DNA of 64,000 nucleotides from NCBI RefSeq assembly GCF_054482595.1, contig NZ_CM137008.1; one strand, 5' to 3'. Shown piece by piece: positions 55,279 to 64,000 of this stretch (position 1 is its first letter; each line of letters starts with the position of its first letter). The notes under the pieces were generated by a model. It saw only the letters and a program-made list of their open reading frames with translations, ran no database searches and was not told where the DNA came from. The position numbers and the translations under genes were made by a program.

Positions 55279-55375
55279 ACTGCCGAATGCAGCGCGAACG
55301 CTTTATCCGGCATAAATTTCAATAGATGATCACCGATAAACTTACGCATCGGGGATGTTTACATAGGATTCAGAA

Positions 55376-55651
55376 TTACTTCTTCTTATAAATATTTGCC
55401 GTGCCGTGGATCTTATTGTCAGTTTGACCGGAGGTCAGTACCAACACATCAGCCCCTTTTTCATCCGCTTTTTTGATCAAATCTTCTTTCGCGTCTGCGG
55501 TCGACATTTCATTGCTGGTTGAAATATCACCTATTTTTTCATATTGCGATTCGACTTTTTCAAATTCCGCTTTAGTCATCAATTCAGCGGCATAGACATT
55601 GGTAACGGCAAACGCTAACGCACCGACTAACATTTTAGAGATTATTTTCAT
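55376..55651 (-). CDS. yahO: YahO, small periplasmic DUF1471-family protein
   Basis: 91-aa ORF with signal peptide [21 protein letters not shown]. Confidence 0.85.
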   Translation of the reverse strand: MKIISKMLVGALAFAVTNVYAAELMTKAEFEKVESQYEKIGDISTSNEMSTADAKEDLIKKADEKGADVLVLTSGQTDNKIHGTANIYKKK

Positions 55652-55797
55652 ATTACGGCTCCAGAGTTGTTATCACACTATCACCCACCGACATTATTGG
55701 GTTGATTAATAATTAGTTCAGTCAGGGCATAAACGCCAGTAACCGGAAATAAGACACTTTGTGATCTCTCTCGCACCCGATTATTTTTGGTAGAAAT

Positions 55798-56469
55798 ATG
55801 ATGCAGTTACTTCACTTATTTATGGATGAAATCACTATGGATCCTTTGCACGCCGTTTACCTGACCGTAGGACTGTTCGTGATTACTTTTTTTAATCCGG
55901 GAGCCAATCTCTTTGTGGTAGTACAAACCAGCCTGGCTTCCGGTCGACGCGCAGGAGTGCTGACCGGGCTGGGCGTGGCGCTGGGCGATGCATTTTATTC
56001 CGGGTTGGGTTTGTTTGGTCTTGCAACGCTAATTACGCAGTGTGAGGAGATTTTTTCGCTTATCAGAATCGTCGGCGGCGCTTATCTCTTATGGTTTGCG
56101 TGGTGCAGCATGCGCCGCCAGTCAACACCGCAAATGAGCACACTACAACAACCGATTAACGCCCCCTGGTATGTCTTTTTTCGCCGTGGATTAATTACCG
56201 ATCTCTCTAACCCTCAAACCGTTTTATTTTTTATTAGTATTTTCTCAGTAACATTAAATGCCGAAACACCAACATGGGCACGTTTAATGGCCTGGGCGGG
56301 GATTGTGCTCGCATCAATTATCTGGCGAGTTTTTCTTAGTCAGGCGTTTTCTTTGCCCGCTGTACGTCGTGCTTATGGGCGTATGCAACGCGTTGCCAGT
56401 CGGGTTATTGGTGCAATTATTGGTGTATTCGCGCTACGCCTGATTTACGAAGGGGTGACGCAGCGGTGA
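55798..56469 (+). CDS. yahN: YahN, LysE/RhtB-family amino-acid exporter
   Basis: 223-aa hydrophobic ORF. Confidence 0.85.
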   Translation: MMQLLHLFMDEITMDPLHAVYLTVGLFVITFFNPGANLFVVVQTSLASGRRAGVLTGLGVALGDAFYSGLGLFGLATLITQCEEIFSLIRIVGGAYLLWFAWCSMRRQSTPQMSTLQQPINAPWYVFFRRGLITDLSNPQTVLFFISIFSVTLNAETPTWARLMAWAGIVLASIIWRVFLSQAFSLPAVRRAYGRMQRVASRVIGAIIGVFALRLIYEGVTQR

Positions 56470-56485
56470 GCAGATAATTTACTCT

Positions 56486-56731
56486 CTACGTAATCAACCT
56501 GATTTGCCGAATCCCGACCATCGGCGATGATAGCCCCCGTAATGCGTGGTCCTTATTTCCGATAAGTTTACTTGAGTCTTTAGCTTCCCATTTCAGCCCA
56601 CTCTCCCCTGTGTGGGCTTTTTTCATTGGTCTGACCCGTCCTGAATAGCCAAACAATGGCAATGTTCCACTTTGCAGGGATGATAATAAGGGGATCTGAT
56701 TCAGAAGAGTTTTGAAAAGTTGGACCGCCAT
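56486..56731 (-). CDS. yahM: YahM, small protein of unknown function
   Basis: 81 aa from the internal start MAVQLFKTLLNQIPLL of the 91-aa track ORF; symbol assigned from position and length. Confidence 0.55.
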   Translation of the reverse strand: MAVQLFKTLLNQIPLLSSLQSGTLPLFGYSGRVRPMKKAHTGESGLKWEAKDSSKLIGNKDHALRGLSSPMVGIRQIRLIT

Positions 56732-56802
56732 CGAGGCCTCGAACCCCGTACCATACAACAATCCTGGTTGTCGTCTGCTCTTCCTGATGAGCTAATGGCG
56801 GT
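56721..56802 (-). other. Degenerate tRNA-like cloverleaf (candidate tRNA pseudogene or remnant), 3' end overlapping the yahM start codon
   Basis: Minus strand ACCGCCATTAGCTCATCAGGAAGAGCAGACGACAACCAGGATTGTTGTATGGTACGGGGTTCGAGGCCTCGATGGCGGTCCA: 7-8 bp acceptor stem, D-arm GCTC/GAGC, T-arm with TTCGAGG loop, 3' CCA; but 4 extra nt before the anticodon stem and no U33. Confidence 0.3.
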
Positions 56803-57143
56803 TTTTGATATGAGCCTTACAGCATATTTTCTGTCAGGCTTGAGTGCGATGCGTAAGATACAGAAAAGACCCCACACAAACATGATGGAATTATGATTTT
56901 TTTCATATGAATGTCAACCCACACATTCACAAAACATCTGCATGAGATCATTTTTTATACACCACATAGCTGCAAAACCACTGCTGGTGCTTTTTTAAGC
57001 GAAGCGTCGCCGATCACAACAAAATATCGGCGAAAAAGGCGGTGGAATGCCATTTGGCATACGGATATACAGATGAAATGATTACCTGCATTGCGATTCA
57101 CTCTCTGGTGGAATAACAACTTGCAGGTGGAACCCTTTCTGAA

Positions 57144-57959
57144 CTAAAGAGTGTAGCGGATTTTAACGTGCTTATTTACAGGATAATATCTGTCACCTAA
57201 TTCCTGCACTCTATTAGATATCCATTCATTTAATCGTGCATCATCTCTGTATGTTTTTACGTCCAGAACAGAGAGCAATAACATCACCAGTGATTCAGGA
57301 AAAACAGGGTAGATATTTTTTAAGTGTAATAATAATCCATGCGCAAGCGCCTGCTTAATGGGCGCGTCTGTCTCCGGAATAGACGACATTTCGCGAAGCC
57401 ATTTTTCCACATGCATACACTCTTTCCCTTTAGGGAAAAGTCTCAGCAAAGGCATATGGTGTTCAAGAAGAATACATTTGCAATCTGTTCGCACTGAATT
57501 GATAAACTGCACTAATTTCTTAAGCCCGGTAAAGCGTCCAGCCTGCACATTTGCTTTAATATCAAGAAACGCATCATCCTAGTCATATACCCAAACTGTC
57601 CCTTTTTGATTTTCAAGTATGCGAAAAACAAACTTAACCGGGTGATCAGGGTAATCCATCCAGTCATAAAATCCAGGGAAATCATTAAACTGCACATTTA
57701 TGGTGAGTGCGTTATCGTCTGACCACTCACAGTCTCGTACGGCAGCCATGAGATGAATGAGTTTGTCGTCATCGACTAAATCATCACGACAATCATAAGG
57801 ATAATCATAATATTGTTTAATCAAAACCTTGAATATATCGACACAGGAAACCAGGGAGCTTTTGATATCCTCTGGTAACTGATTGTTTTTAACCGTATTA
57901 AGTATGCTTTGTTGCGTATATGGCATCAAATTATTGTGCGGAGCTTTTAATGATATCAT
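57144..57959 (-). pseudogene. yahL: yahL interrupted by a single in-frame TAG stop
   Basis: Track ORFs 57579-57959 (126 aa) and 57144-57548 (134 aa) are in the same frame, separated only by an amber codon (plus-strand CTA at 57579-57581); 271 codons in total. Confidence 0.7.
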
Positions 57960-58201
57960 CGCGATCTCTCTTAAATAAAAATAAACGTCGCAGATAATAA
58001 AGCTCTGATTAAACCAGGCACTATCAGAAATCGCTCATAACTAACGTGTGAAGTATTAGGTACTGGAGGGAGTTAATTTAACAATTTGAATTTACGTTAT
58101 AGGTTTTACTGCTACTTTGATATTATTTCGCTCTCCTTAACTAAAAAGTTAAGTGGAGAGCGAAGTTAATATGTTAAACCACAGCGTATTTATTAATTTT
58201 T

Positions 58202-59251
58202 TCAGTCTGTTAGTGTGCGATTATCGATAACAAAACGATATTTCACATCACCACGCAGCATTCGCTCATAGGCTTCATTAATTTGATCGGCCCGAATCAT
58301 CTCTATATCAGCCACGATGCCATGTTCGGCGCAAAAATCGAGCATCTCCTGAGTTTCTGGAATGCCGCCAATCATAGAACCGGCTATCGCACGGCGTTTC
58401 ATGATCAGGTTGAAAACTTCCGGCGATTTATGCGGTGTCGCAGGCGCACCAACCAGCGTCATGGTGCCATCACGCTTCAGCAAGGTGGTAAAATCGTCGA
58501 GATTATGTGGCGCAGCTACTGTATTCAAAATGAAATCGAAACTCTTCAGATGAGCCGCCATCTCATCGGCATTGCGTGAGTTAACAACTTCATCGGCCCC
58601 CAGGGCTTTTGCCGCTTCGCGTTTTGCCTCAGAAGTGGTAAATGCCACCACATGTGCCCCCATCGCGTGGGCCAGCTTAATCCCCATATGTCCCAGACCG
58701 CCGATGCCGACCACGCCCACTTTTTTACCCGGTCCGGCCTGCCAGTGGCGCAACGGGGAGTAAGTAGTGATCCCCGCGCACAGTAATGGGGCTACCGCTG
58801 CCAGCTGCTCTTGCGGGTGACGAATACGCAGAACATATCGCTCATGAACGACGATCTGTTGTGAGTAGCCGCCCAGCGTATGGCCCGGTTCGTCCGGCGT
58901 CGGCGAGTTATAGGTGCCGGTCATGTGATCACAGTAGTTTTCCAGCCCGTCTTCACACTCTTCGCAATGTTTACAACTGTCGACAATGCAGCCGACACCG
59001 ACCAGATCGCCCGGCGCATATTTTTTTACCTGATCACCAACGGCTACCACACGCCCCACAATTTCATGACCCGGCACGCAGGGATAAACCGTCCCCGCCC
59101 ACTCGGAACGGACCTGGTGGAGATCGGAATGGCAGACGCCACAGTAAGCGATTTCGATTTTGACATCATTCGGTCCCGGTTCACGCCGTGTGATATCCAT
59201 CGGTTCAAGTGGTTGTTTAGCGGAATATGCACCAACAGCTTTGATCTTCAT
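58202..59251 (-). CDS. yahK: YahK, zinc-type NADPH-dependent aldehyde reductase
   Basis: 349-aa ORF with GHEIVG and GIGGLGH motifs. Confidence 0.92.
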   Translation of the reverse strand: MKIKAVGAYSAKQPLEPMDITRREPGPNDVKIEIAYCGVCHSDLHQVRSEWAGTVYPCVPGHEIVGRVVAVGDQVKKYAPGDLVGVGCIVDSCKHCEECEDGLENYCDHMTGTYNSPTPDEPGHTLGGYSQQIVVHERYVLRIRHPQEQLAAVAPLLCAGITTYSPLRHWQAGPGKKVGVVGIGGLGHMGIKLAHAMGAHVVAFTTSEAKREAAKALGADEVVNSRNADEMAAHLKSFDFILNTVAAPHNLDDFTTLLKRDGTMTLVGAPATPHKSPEVFNLIMKRRAIAGSMIGGIPETQEMLDFCAEHGIVADIEMIRADQINEAYERMLRGDVKYRFVIDNRTLTD

Positions 59252-59337
59252 TGTGTTTACTCCTGATTAGCTATGTGTATTTGGCGACGCCTGATATGTC
59301 ATCGCGGCAAAACGCGTCCATTGAATATAGCCAATAT

Positions 59338-60294
59338 TTAAACCACCCGATCCAGCCCCAACATGCCGCGAGCCTGAATGAAACAGAGCAGCAACGTTCC
59401 CCATAAGGCCATCGTCAGGTAGGGGCTTATACCGAGAATATTGAAGCCGCTTTCAATAATTTGCAGAAGAAACAGCGCCAGCACCATACCAATTATCCGC
59501 CCGCTGCCGCCGTCCGGATTAACCCCGCCGAGTACTGCCGCGAGGATTGACACCAGCAAGTACGATTCGCCATAAGAGGCCTTAGCCGAGTTGAGTTTCG
59601 ACATCATCAAAAATGCCGCTACCGCACAAAGCAAGGCGGAAATGACATAAACCCAAATCAGCACCCGACGAGTGTTAATGCCGGAGTAAAGTGTTGCTCG
59701 TTCGTTAGACCCAATCAGGTAAATGGCTTTACCGAGCGGCGTTTTCTCCAGCAATATCCACAGCCCCAGTGCCACTGCGGCAAACAACCACATCGGTAGC
59801 GGAATACCGAACCATTGCGCATGATTCAACCACAGCACCCATGAGGGATAATTGGCAATGGCGCTACCACCTGTCACCAGAATATTTATCCCTTTGAGCA
59901 ACGTCATCATCCCAAGCGTTGCAAGAATTGGCGACACTCGAATACCAGCAATCAATACGCCGTTACATAAACCGATTATCACCGCCGCGCCAGCGCCCGC
60001 CAGTAACGTAGCGACAACCGTAGCAATACCCGGTGGATACTGAGTCGCCACCCACGCCATCACCAGTGAACAGGCGTTAGCAGTGGCTATAATTGACAAG
60101 TTAATGCCACCGCAAAGCATGGTCACCGCCATAGCCAACGCCAGAATGCCCAGCACGGGCATTTGCGAAGCGACGGACTGGAAATTACTTATCGACCAGA
60201 AAATCTCCGGCATAGTAATGCTGAACGCGGCAACAGTTAGCACCAGCAGGCCGATCAAGTAAAACTCAACGTTATTACGCCACGATTTTTTCAT
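59338..60294 (-). CDS. Sugar ABC transporter permease (CUT2 / ribose-type), second of two
   Basis: 318 aa from MKKSWRNNVEFYLIGLL; start overlaps the upstream permease stop (ATGA). Confidence 0.8.
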   Translation of the reverse strand: MKKSWRNNVEFYLIGLLVLTVAAFSITMPEIFWSISNFQSVASQMPVLGILALAMAVTMLCGGINLSIIATANACSLVMAWVATQYPPGIATVVATLLAGAGAAVIIGLCNGVLIAGIRVSPILATLGMMTLLKGINILVTGGSAIANYPSWVLWLNHAQWFGIPLPMWLFAAVALGLWILLEKTPLGKAIYLIGSNERATLYSGINTRRVLIWVYVISALLCAVAAFLMMSKLNSAKASYGESYLLVSILAAVLGGVNPDGGSGRIIGMVLALFLLQIIESGFNILGISPYLTMALWGTLLLCFIQARGMLGLDRVV

Positions 60295-61262
60295 AGCAGA
60301 CTCCGGTTCTGATGCTGACTCCACGCCGTGGCACTAATGCTGGCAACGATGATGATGCCGGTGATCAATGTTTGCCAGTAAGACGAGACTCCCAATAAAT
60401 TTAGCCCGTTTTGCATCACTGCCAACAACACCACGCCGAGCAAAGTACCGGTTAACGTGCCGCGCCCGCCGAGCAAACTAGTGCCGCCAAGCACCACCGC
60501 AGCCAGTACTGTCAGCTCATAACCCAGAAGAGAATCGGGGGCGACAGTCATCACCGTCCACGACTGCACTACACCCGCAGCGCCAGACATCAATCCCATA
60601 TAGCCATAGACGAAAAGTTGCAGTTTCAGCACGCTAAAGCCGATGCGACTGGCTGATTCGCGGTTCCCGCCAAGGGCATAAATTTTGCGCCCTACACTGG
60701 TGAAATTCATGATAAACGCTGTTAGCAGCACCACCGTAATCATGGCGATCAGCGGCAGACCAAGGCCATAGTCATAGCCATCAGCATCGGTGTACTTGAA
60801 CAACATAACCCCCTGCTCAAACCACGGCGGAAAGTCGTACAGCCACACACCTTTACTCAACCATAACAGCAGGCCATAGAAAATATTCAGCGTCGAGATA
60901 GTGATGATGATAGAAGGCACCCGTAGGCGATTAACCAGTAAGGCGTTAATTAAGCCAAGTAAAATGCCGATGCAGCCCGCCAGTGCAAACGCGACAGCGA
61001 AGTTGCCACCAATTTTTTGCAGCAACAGCACCATGCCGTATTGCGCCATGATGGTCATTGCTGGAAACGAAATATCAATTCCACCGGAAATCAACACCAC
61101 AAACAAACCACAGGCGAGAATAGTCAACATGGCATAGTTATTGGCGAGATCGTACAAATTACCGAATGTCAGAAACTCGTCGCTGCGCCAGGCAAGGCCA
61201 ACAAACAGCACCACAATCAGTAATGCCAGCCAGAATTCATGGCGTTTTTTCAGTTCAGCCAT
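60291..61262 (-). CDS. Sugar ABC transporter permease (CUT2 / ribose-type), first of two
   Basis: 323-aa polytopic ORF; overlaps the ATPase 3' end by 8 nt. Confidence 0.8.
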   Translation of the reverse strand: MAELKKRHEFWLALLIVVLFVGLAWRSDEFLTFGNLYDLANNYAMLTILACGLFVVLISGGIDISFPAMTIMAQYGMVLLLQKIGGNFAVAFALAGCIGILLGLINALLVNRLRVPSIIITISTLNIFYGLLLWLSKGVWLYDFPPWFEQGVMLFKYTDADGYDYGLGLPLIAMITVVLLTAFIMNFTSVGRKIYALGGNRESASRIGFSVLKLQLFVYGYMGLMSGAAGVVQSWTVMTVAPDSLLGYELTVLAAVVLGGTSLLGGRGTLTGTLLGVVLLAVMQNGLNLLGVSSYWQTLITGIIIVASISATAWSQHQNRSLL

Positions 61263-62739
61263 TTACCACCTCCGCAATCCTGGCCTGAGAACTGCTGTCA
61301 GGCAGGAAGCTATGGGTGATCTGTCCTTTTTGCATTACCAAAATCCGGTGGCTTTGATACCACGCTTCTTCAATTTCATCGCAGATCATCAATACCGCAA
61401 TGCCATGAGCCGCCAGATCGCTGATAATGCCGTATATTCCTGCTTTGTTGGCGATATCAACACCGACTGTCGGGCTATCGAGAATCAACAGTCGTGGCCC
61501 AATCGCCAGCCATTTGGCGATCGATACTCGCTGCGCGTTACCACCAGAAAGCGTATTCACCGGGAGATGAGGATCAGAGACTTTGATGGTCAATGCCTTG
61601 ATTAGCCTGTCCACCAGGTCACGCACTTTAGTTTCACTCAGAAAGCCGAAGCGATCTTTTACCTTGTGAAAAACAGTGCTAATGATGTTGTCTTCAATAG
61701 ATTGCGCCATCACCAAACCGCGCGACATGCGATCTTCCGAAACATAACCAATACCGTGGCGGATGGCGTCCTGGTTACTATGCAGTGTAACCAGCTGGCC
61801 GTTGATGAGGATCTCGCCAGAATCCGGTCGGGTCATACCAAACAGACTCAGACATAATTCCGTGCGCCCCGCACCAAGCAGGCCAACAATCGATACCACT
61901 TCGCCCGCTTCCACCCGCAAGTTAATATTTAGATATTCCCCATGACGACTTAAATTACGCACCTCCAGCACCGGGGTGCTGGATTTTCCCTGCCACAACT
62001 CTCGCACCTGATATTCAAACTCCTGGCCGGTCATCAGGAAACCGAGTTGTTTTGTGGTCATCTCTGCAGCCGGAAAAGTCCCGACCAGCTCACCATCTTT
62101 CAGCACTGAAATACGGTCGGAAACTTCCATCACTTCTTCCAGACGATGACTGACGAAGACCACGCAGATCCCGCGTTCCCGCAATTGATGCACCACCTGT
62201 AATAACCCTTGCACTTCCTGATGGGTCAGCGAAGCGGTTGGTTCATCCATCACGATCAACCGTGCGTCCTGCGCCAGTGCACGGCAAATTGCCACCAGCT
62301 GACAGCGGGCAATTGAAAGCTCAGAAACGAGCGTATCCAGTGGCAATGTGACGTTAATACTGGTCATTGCCGCCTGCGCCACCTCACGCAGACGACGTCG
62401 GTTAACAAACAGACCGTGGTGATAGTGATTCACGGCGATATTCTCCCAGACACTCAGGTTAGGAAATAAAGAGAGGTCCTGATAAATCACCTGAATCCCC
62501 TGCGCCACCGAAGCGGCGGGTGTCAGCTTTGACCATTTTTTCCCACCAAGCGTAATTTCCGCTCCCTCATCCGGGCGATAAACACCGGACATAATTTTGA
62601 TCAACGTCGATTTACCACAGCCGTTTTGCCCGGCAAGGCAGTGCACTTCACCCGACATAAAGTCGAGAGAAACATCGCGCAGCGCTCGCGTGGCATGAAA
62701 CGTTTTGTTGATATGACGAAGGGAAAGGAAGGTTTCCAT
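61255..62739 (-). CDS. Sugar ABC transporter ATP-binding protein (two fused ABC domains)
   Basis: 494 aa from METFLSLRHINKTF with AGGGGA RBS; Walker A GQNGCGKST in domain 1 and a second ABC domain. Confidence 0.85.
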   Translation of the reverse strand: METFLSLRHINKTFHATRALRDVSLDFMSGEVHCLAGQNGCGKSTLIKIMSGVYRPDEGAEITLGGKKWSKLTPAASVAQGIQVIYQDLSLFPNLSVWENIAVNHYHHGLFVNRRRLREVAQAAMTSINVTLPLDTLVSELSIARCQLVAICRALAQDARLIVMDEPTASLTHQEVQGLLQVVHQLRERGICVVFVSHRLEEVMEVSDRISVLKDGELVGTFPAAEMTTKQLGFLMTGQEFEYQVRELWQGKSSTPVLEVRNLSRHGEYLNINLRVEAGEVVSIVGLLGAGRTELCLSLFGMTRPDSGEILINGQLVTLHSNQDAIRHGIGYVSEDRMSRGLVMAQSIEDNIISTVFHKVKDRFGFLSETKVRDLVDRLIKALTIKVSDPHLPVNTLSGGNAQRVSIAKWLAIGPRLLILDSPTVGVDIANKAGIYGIISDLAAHGIAVLMICDEIEEAWYQSHRILVMQKGQITHSFLPDSSSQARIAEVVNG

Positions 62740-62760
62740 AACATCCCCTGGCAATAAGAA

Positions 62761-62778
62761 TCGGGGCTTTCGCCCCGA
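62761..62778 (-). promoter_or_regulatory. Intra-operon stem-loop between the binding-protein and ATPase genes
   Basis: 7-bp stem TCGGGGC/GCCCCGA with GAAA tetraloop on the transcribed strand, 10 nt after the binding-protein stop. Confidence 0.45.
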
Positions 62779-62787
62779 AGAAATGGA

Positions 62788-63774
62788 TTAATAAAGTGAG
62801 TCGATATTGTCTTTGTTGACCAGTAATACCTTATGGAAACGGATAATTCGCTTATCCATATCTACGTCGGCCTTACCCAGATTCTGCATTTCTAATCCAG
62901 GTTTGATCTCTTCACCCTTCAGCAACGTGCTGGCGACGGCTGCGAGTGCGTAACCTGCAGAGGCCGGATCGTAAGTAATCCCTTCGGTGATATCACCACT
63001 TTTAATCAGTGATGCCGCCTGTGAAGGGATCATCATGCCATAGACTGCGACTTTATTTTTCGCCCGTTTCTCTTTCACCGCACGTCCCGCGCCAATCGGA
63101 CCGTTTGAACCAAAGGAGACAACCGCTTTTAAGTCAGGATAGGTTTTCATCAGGTCCAGTGTGGTACGACGTGAGTCATCCACACTCTCGGCAACCGGCA
63201 TGCGGCGGGTAACTTCATGCATATCCGGGTAATGCTCTTTCTGGTATTTCACCAGCAAGTCAGCCCATAAGTTATGCTGCGGCACGGTCAAACTACCCAC
63301 GTAAATCACATAGCCGCCCTTGCCCCCCATGCGTTTCGCCATATGCTCAACATATTCAGCGGCAAATTTTTCGTTATCAATGATTTCGATATCCCAGTTA
63401 GCACTTGGCTGACCGGGGGATTCGTTGGTCAGAACCACAATTCCGGCATCTCGCGCTTTTTTGAATACCGGTTCCAGCACGTTGGCATCGTTTGGCACGA
63501 TAGTAATTGCATTAACCTTACGGGCGATTAAATCCTCAATAATTTTAACCTGTTGCGGAGCATCAGTACTTGAAGGCCCCACCTGTGACGCATTAACACC
63601 AAAGGCTTTACCCGCCTCAACCACACCTTCGCCCATGCGATTAAACCACGGCATACCATCGACTTTAGAAATATTCACCACGACTTTTTCCGCTGCCTGG
63701 AGCGGCGCAGAAATTAGCGCAGCGCCTAATAACAGCGAAGACACCATATTGATAACAAAACGTTTATTCATCAT
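62788..63774 (-). CDS. Periplasmic sugar-binding protein, LsrB/RbsB-like
   Basis: 328-aa ORF with signal peptide; C-terminus ...LLVNKDNIDSLY resembles LsrB-type proteins; first gene of the operon. Confidence 0.8.
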   Translation of the reverse strand: MMNKRFVINMVSSLLLGAALISAPLQAAEKVVVNISKVDGMPWFNRMGEGVVEAGKAFGVNASQVGPSSTDAPQQVKIIEDLIARKVNAITIVPNDANVLEPVFKKARDAGIVVLTNESPGQPSANWDIEIIDNEKFAAEYVEHMAKRMGGKGGYVIYVGSLTVPQHNLWADLLVKYQKEHYPDMHEVTRRMPVAESVDDSRRTTLDLMKTYPDLKAVVSFGSNGPIGAGRAVKEKRAKNKVAVYGMMIPSQAASLIKSGDITEGITYDPASAGYALAAVASTLLKGEEIKPGLEMQNLGKADVDMDKRIIRFHKVLLVNKDNIDSLY

Positions 63775-63934
63775 TTCAGCCTCATTGCAGGGTAGTCAGG
63801 AAGTGTTCGCCCAAATTAGCGCGCTGGAGAGAATAAGAATTTTCGAATATTTTTATGCAGAATAAACAGCCCTATTTCAGGCAGCTATTAAAAATATGGT
63901 TATAAATATGGACAAAACGGGCAGCAACAATAAG

Positions 63935-63950
63935 TGTGACATTCATCACG
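63935..63950. promoter_or_regulatory. Candidate CRP site upstream of the ABC operon
   Basis: TGTGA-CATTCA-TCACG, about 160 bp upstream of the binding-protein start, in an AT-rich leader. Confidence 0.45.
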
Positions 63951-64000
63951 TTAAAAATAGCAAAATAAACAAAATTAGCGATATTTTATGTGTGTGAGTT

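Noticed and set aside
58127-58230. Imperfect palindrome (TTCGCTCTCCTTAACT / AGTTAAGTGGAGAGCGAA) followed by a 19-codon ORF (MLNHSVFINFFSLLVCDYR) overlapping the yahK 3' end
   Set aside because: The ORF is too short and overlaps a confident gene on the opposite strand; the palindrome is more simply a terminator-like structure after yahK. Left as unproven.

Overview
This 64 kb window reads as an Escherichia coli chromosomal segment with K-12-like gene order but a non-K-12 allele set and several accessory insertions. All comparisons with K-12 below are from memory, not from a database search. Backbone, left to right: sbmA (5' part, minus strand), ampH, yaiV, yaiT disrupted by a complete IS2, hemB, tauDCBA, frmRAB, yaiL, mhpT, mhpEFDCBA with divergent mhpR, lacI-lacZYA with the full control region, cynXST with divergent cynR, codBA, prpEDCB with divergent prpR, yahO, yahN, yahM, yahL (in-frame amber stop), yahK. 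Three accessory blocks interrupt this backbone: (1) 12298-20090, a UhpA/UhpB/UhpC-like sensor module fused in one gene string to an AfuABC-type ABC importer, sitting between tauA and frmR; (2) 32760-34509, an MBL-fold hydrolase plus a GlxA/AraC-family regulator between mhpR and lacI, with the lacI promoter lying inside the regulator's 3' end; (3) 59338-63774, an LsrB/RbsB-like (CUT2) sugar ABC transporter operon beyond yahK. Large REP/BIME arrays fill several intergenic gaps. No rRNA, CRISPR array, integrase or phage genes were seen; one degenerate tRNA-like cloverleaf abuts the yahM start. Nothing here is clearly an undescribed system: the accessory blocks are built from recognisable families, and the sensor-ABC island is the best candidate for follow-up. 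Gene starts were refined from the ORF track by internal start codons and RBS inspection; non-coding coordinates were counted by hand and may be off by a base or two.
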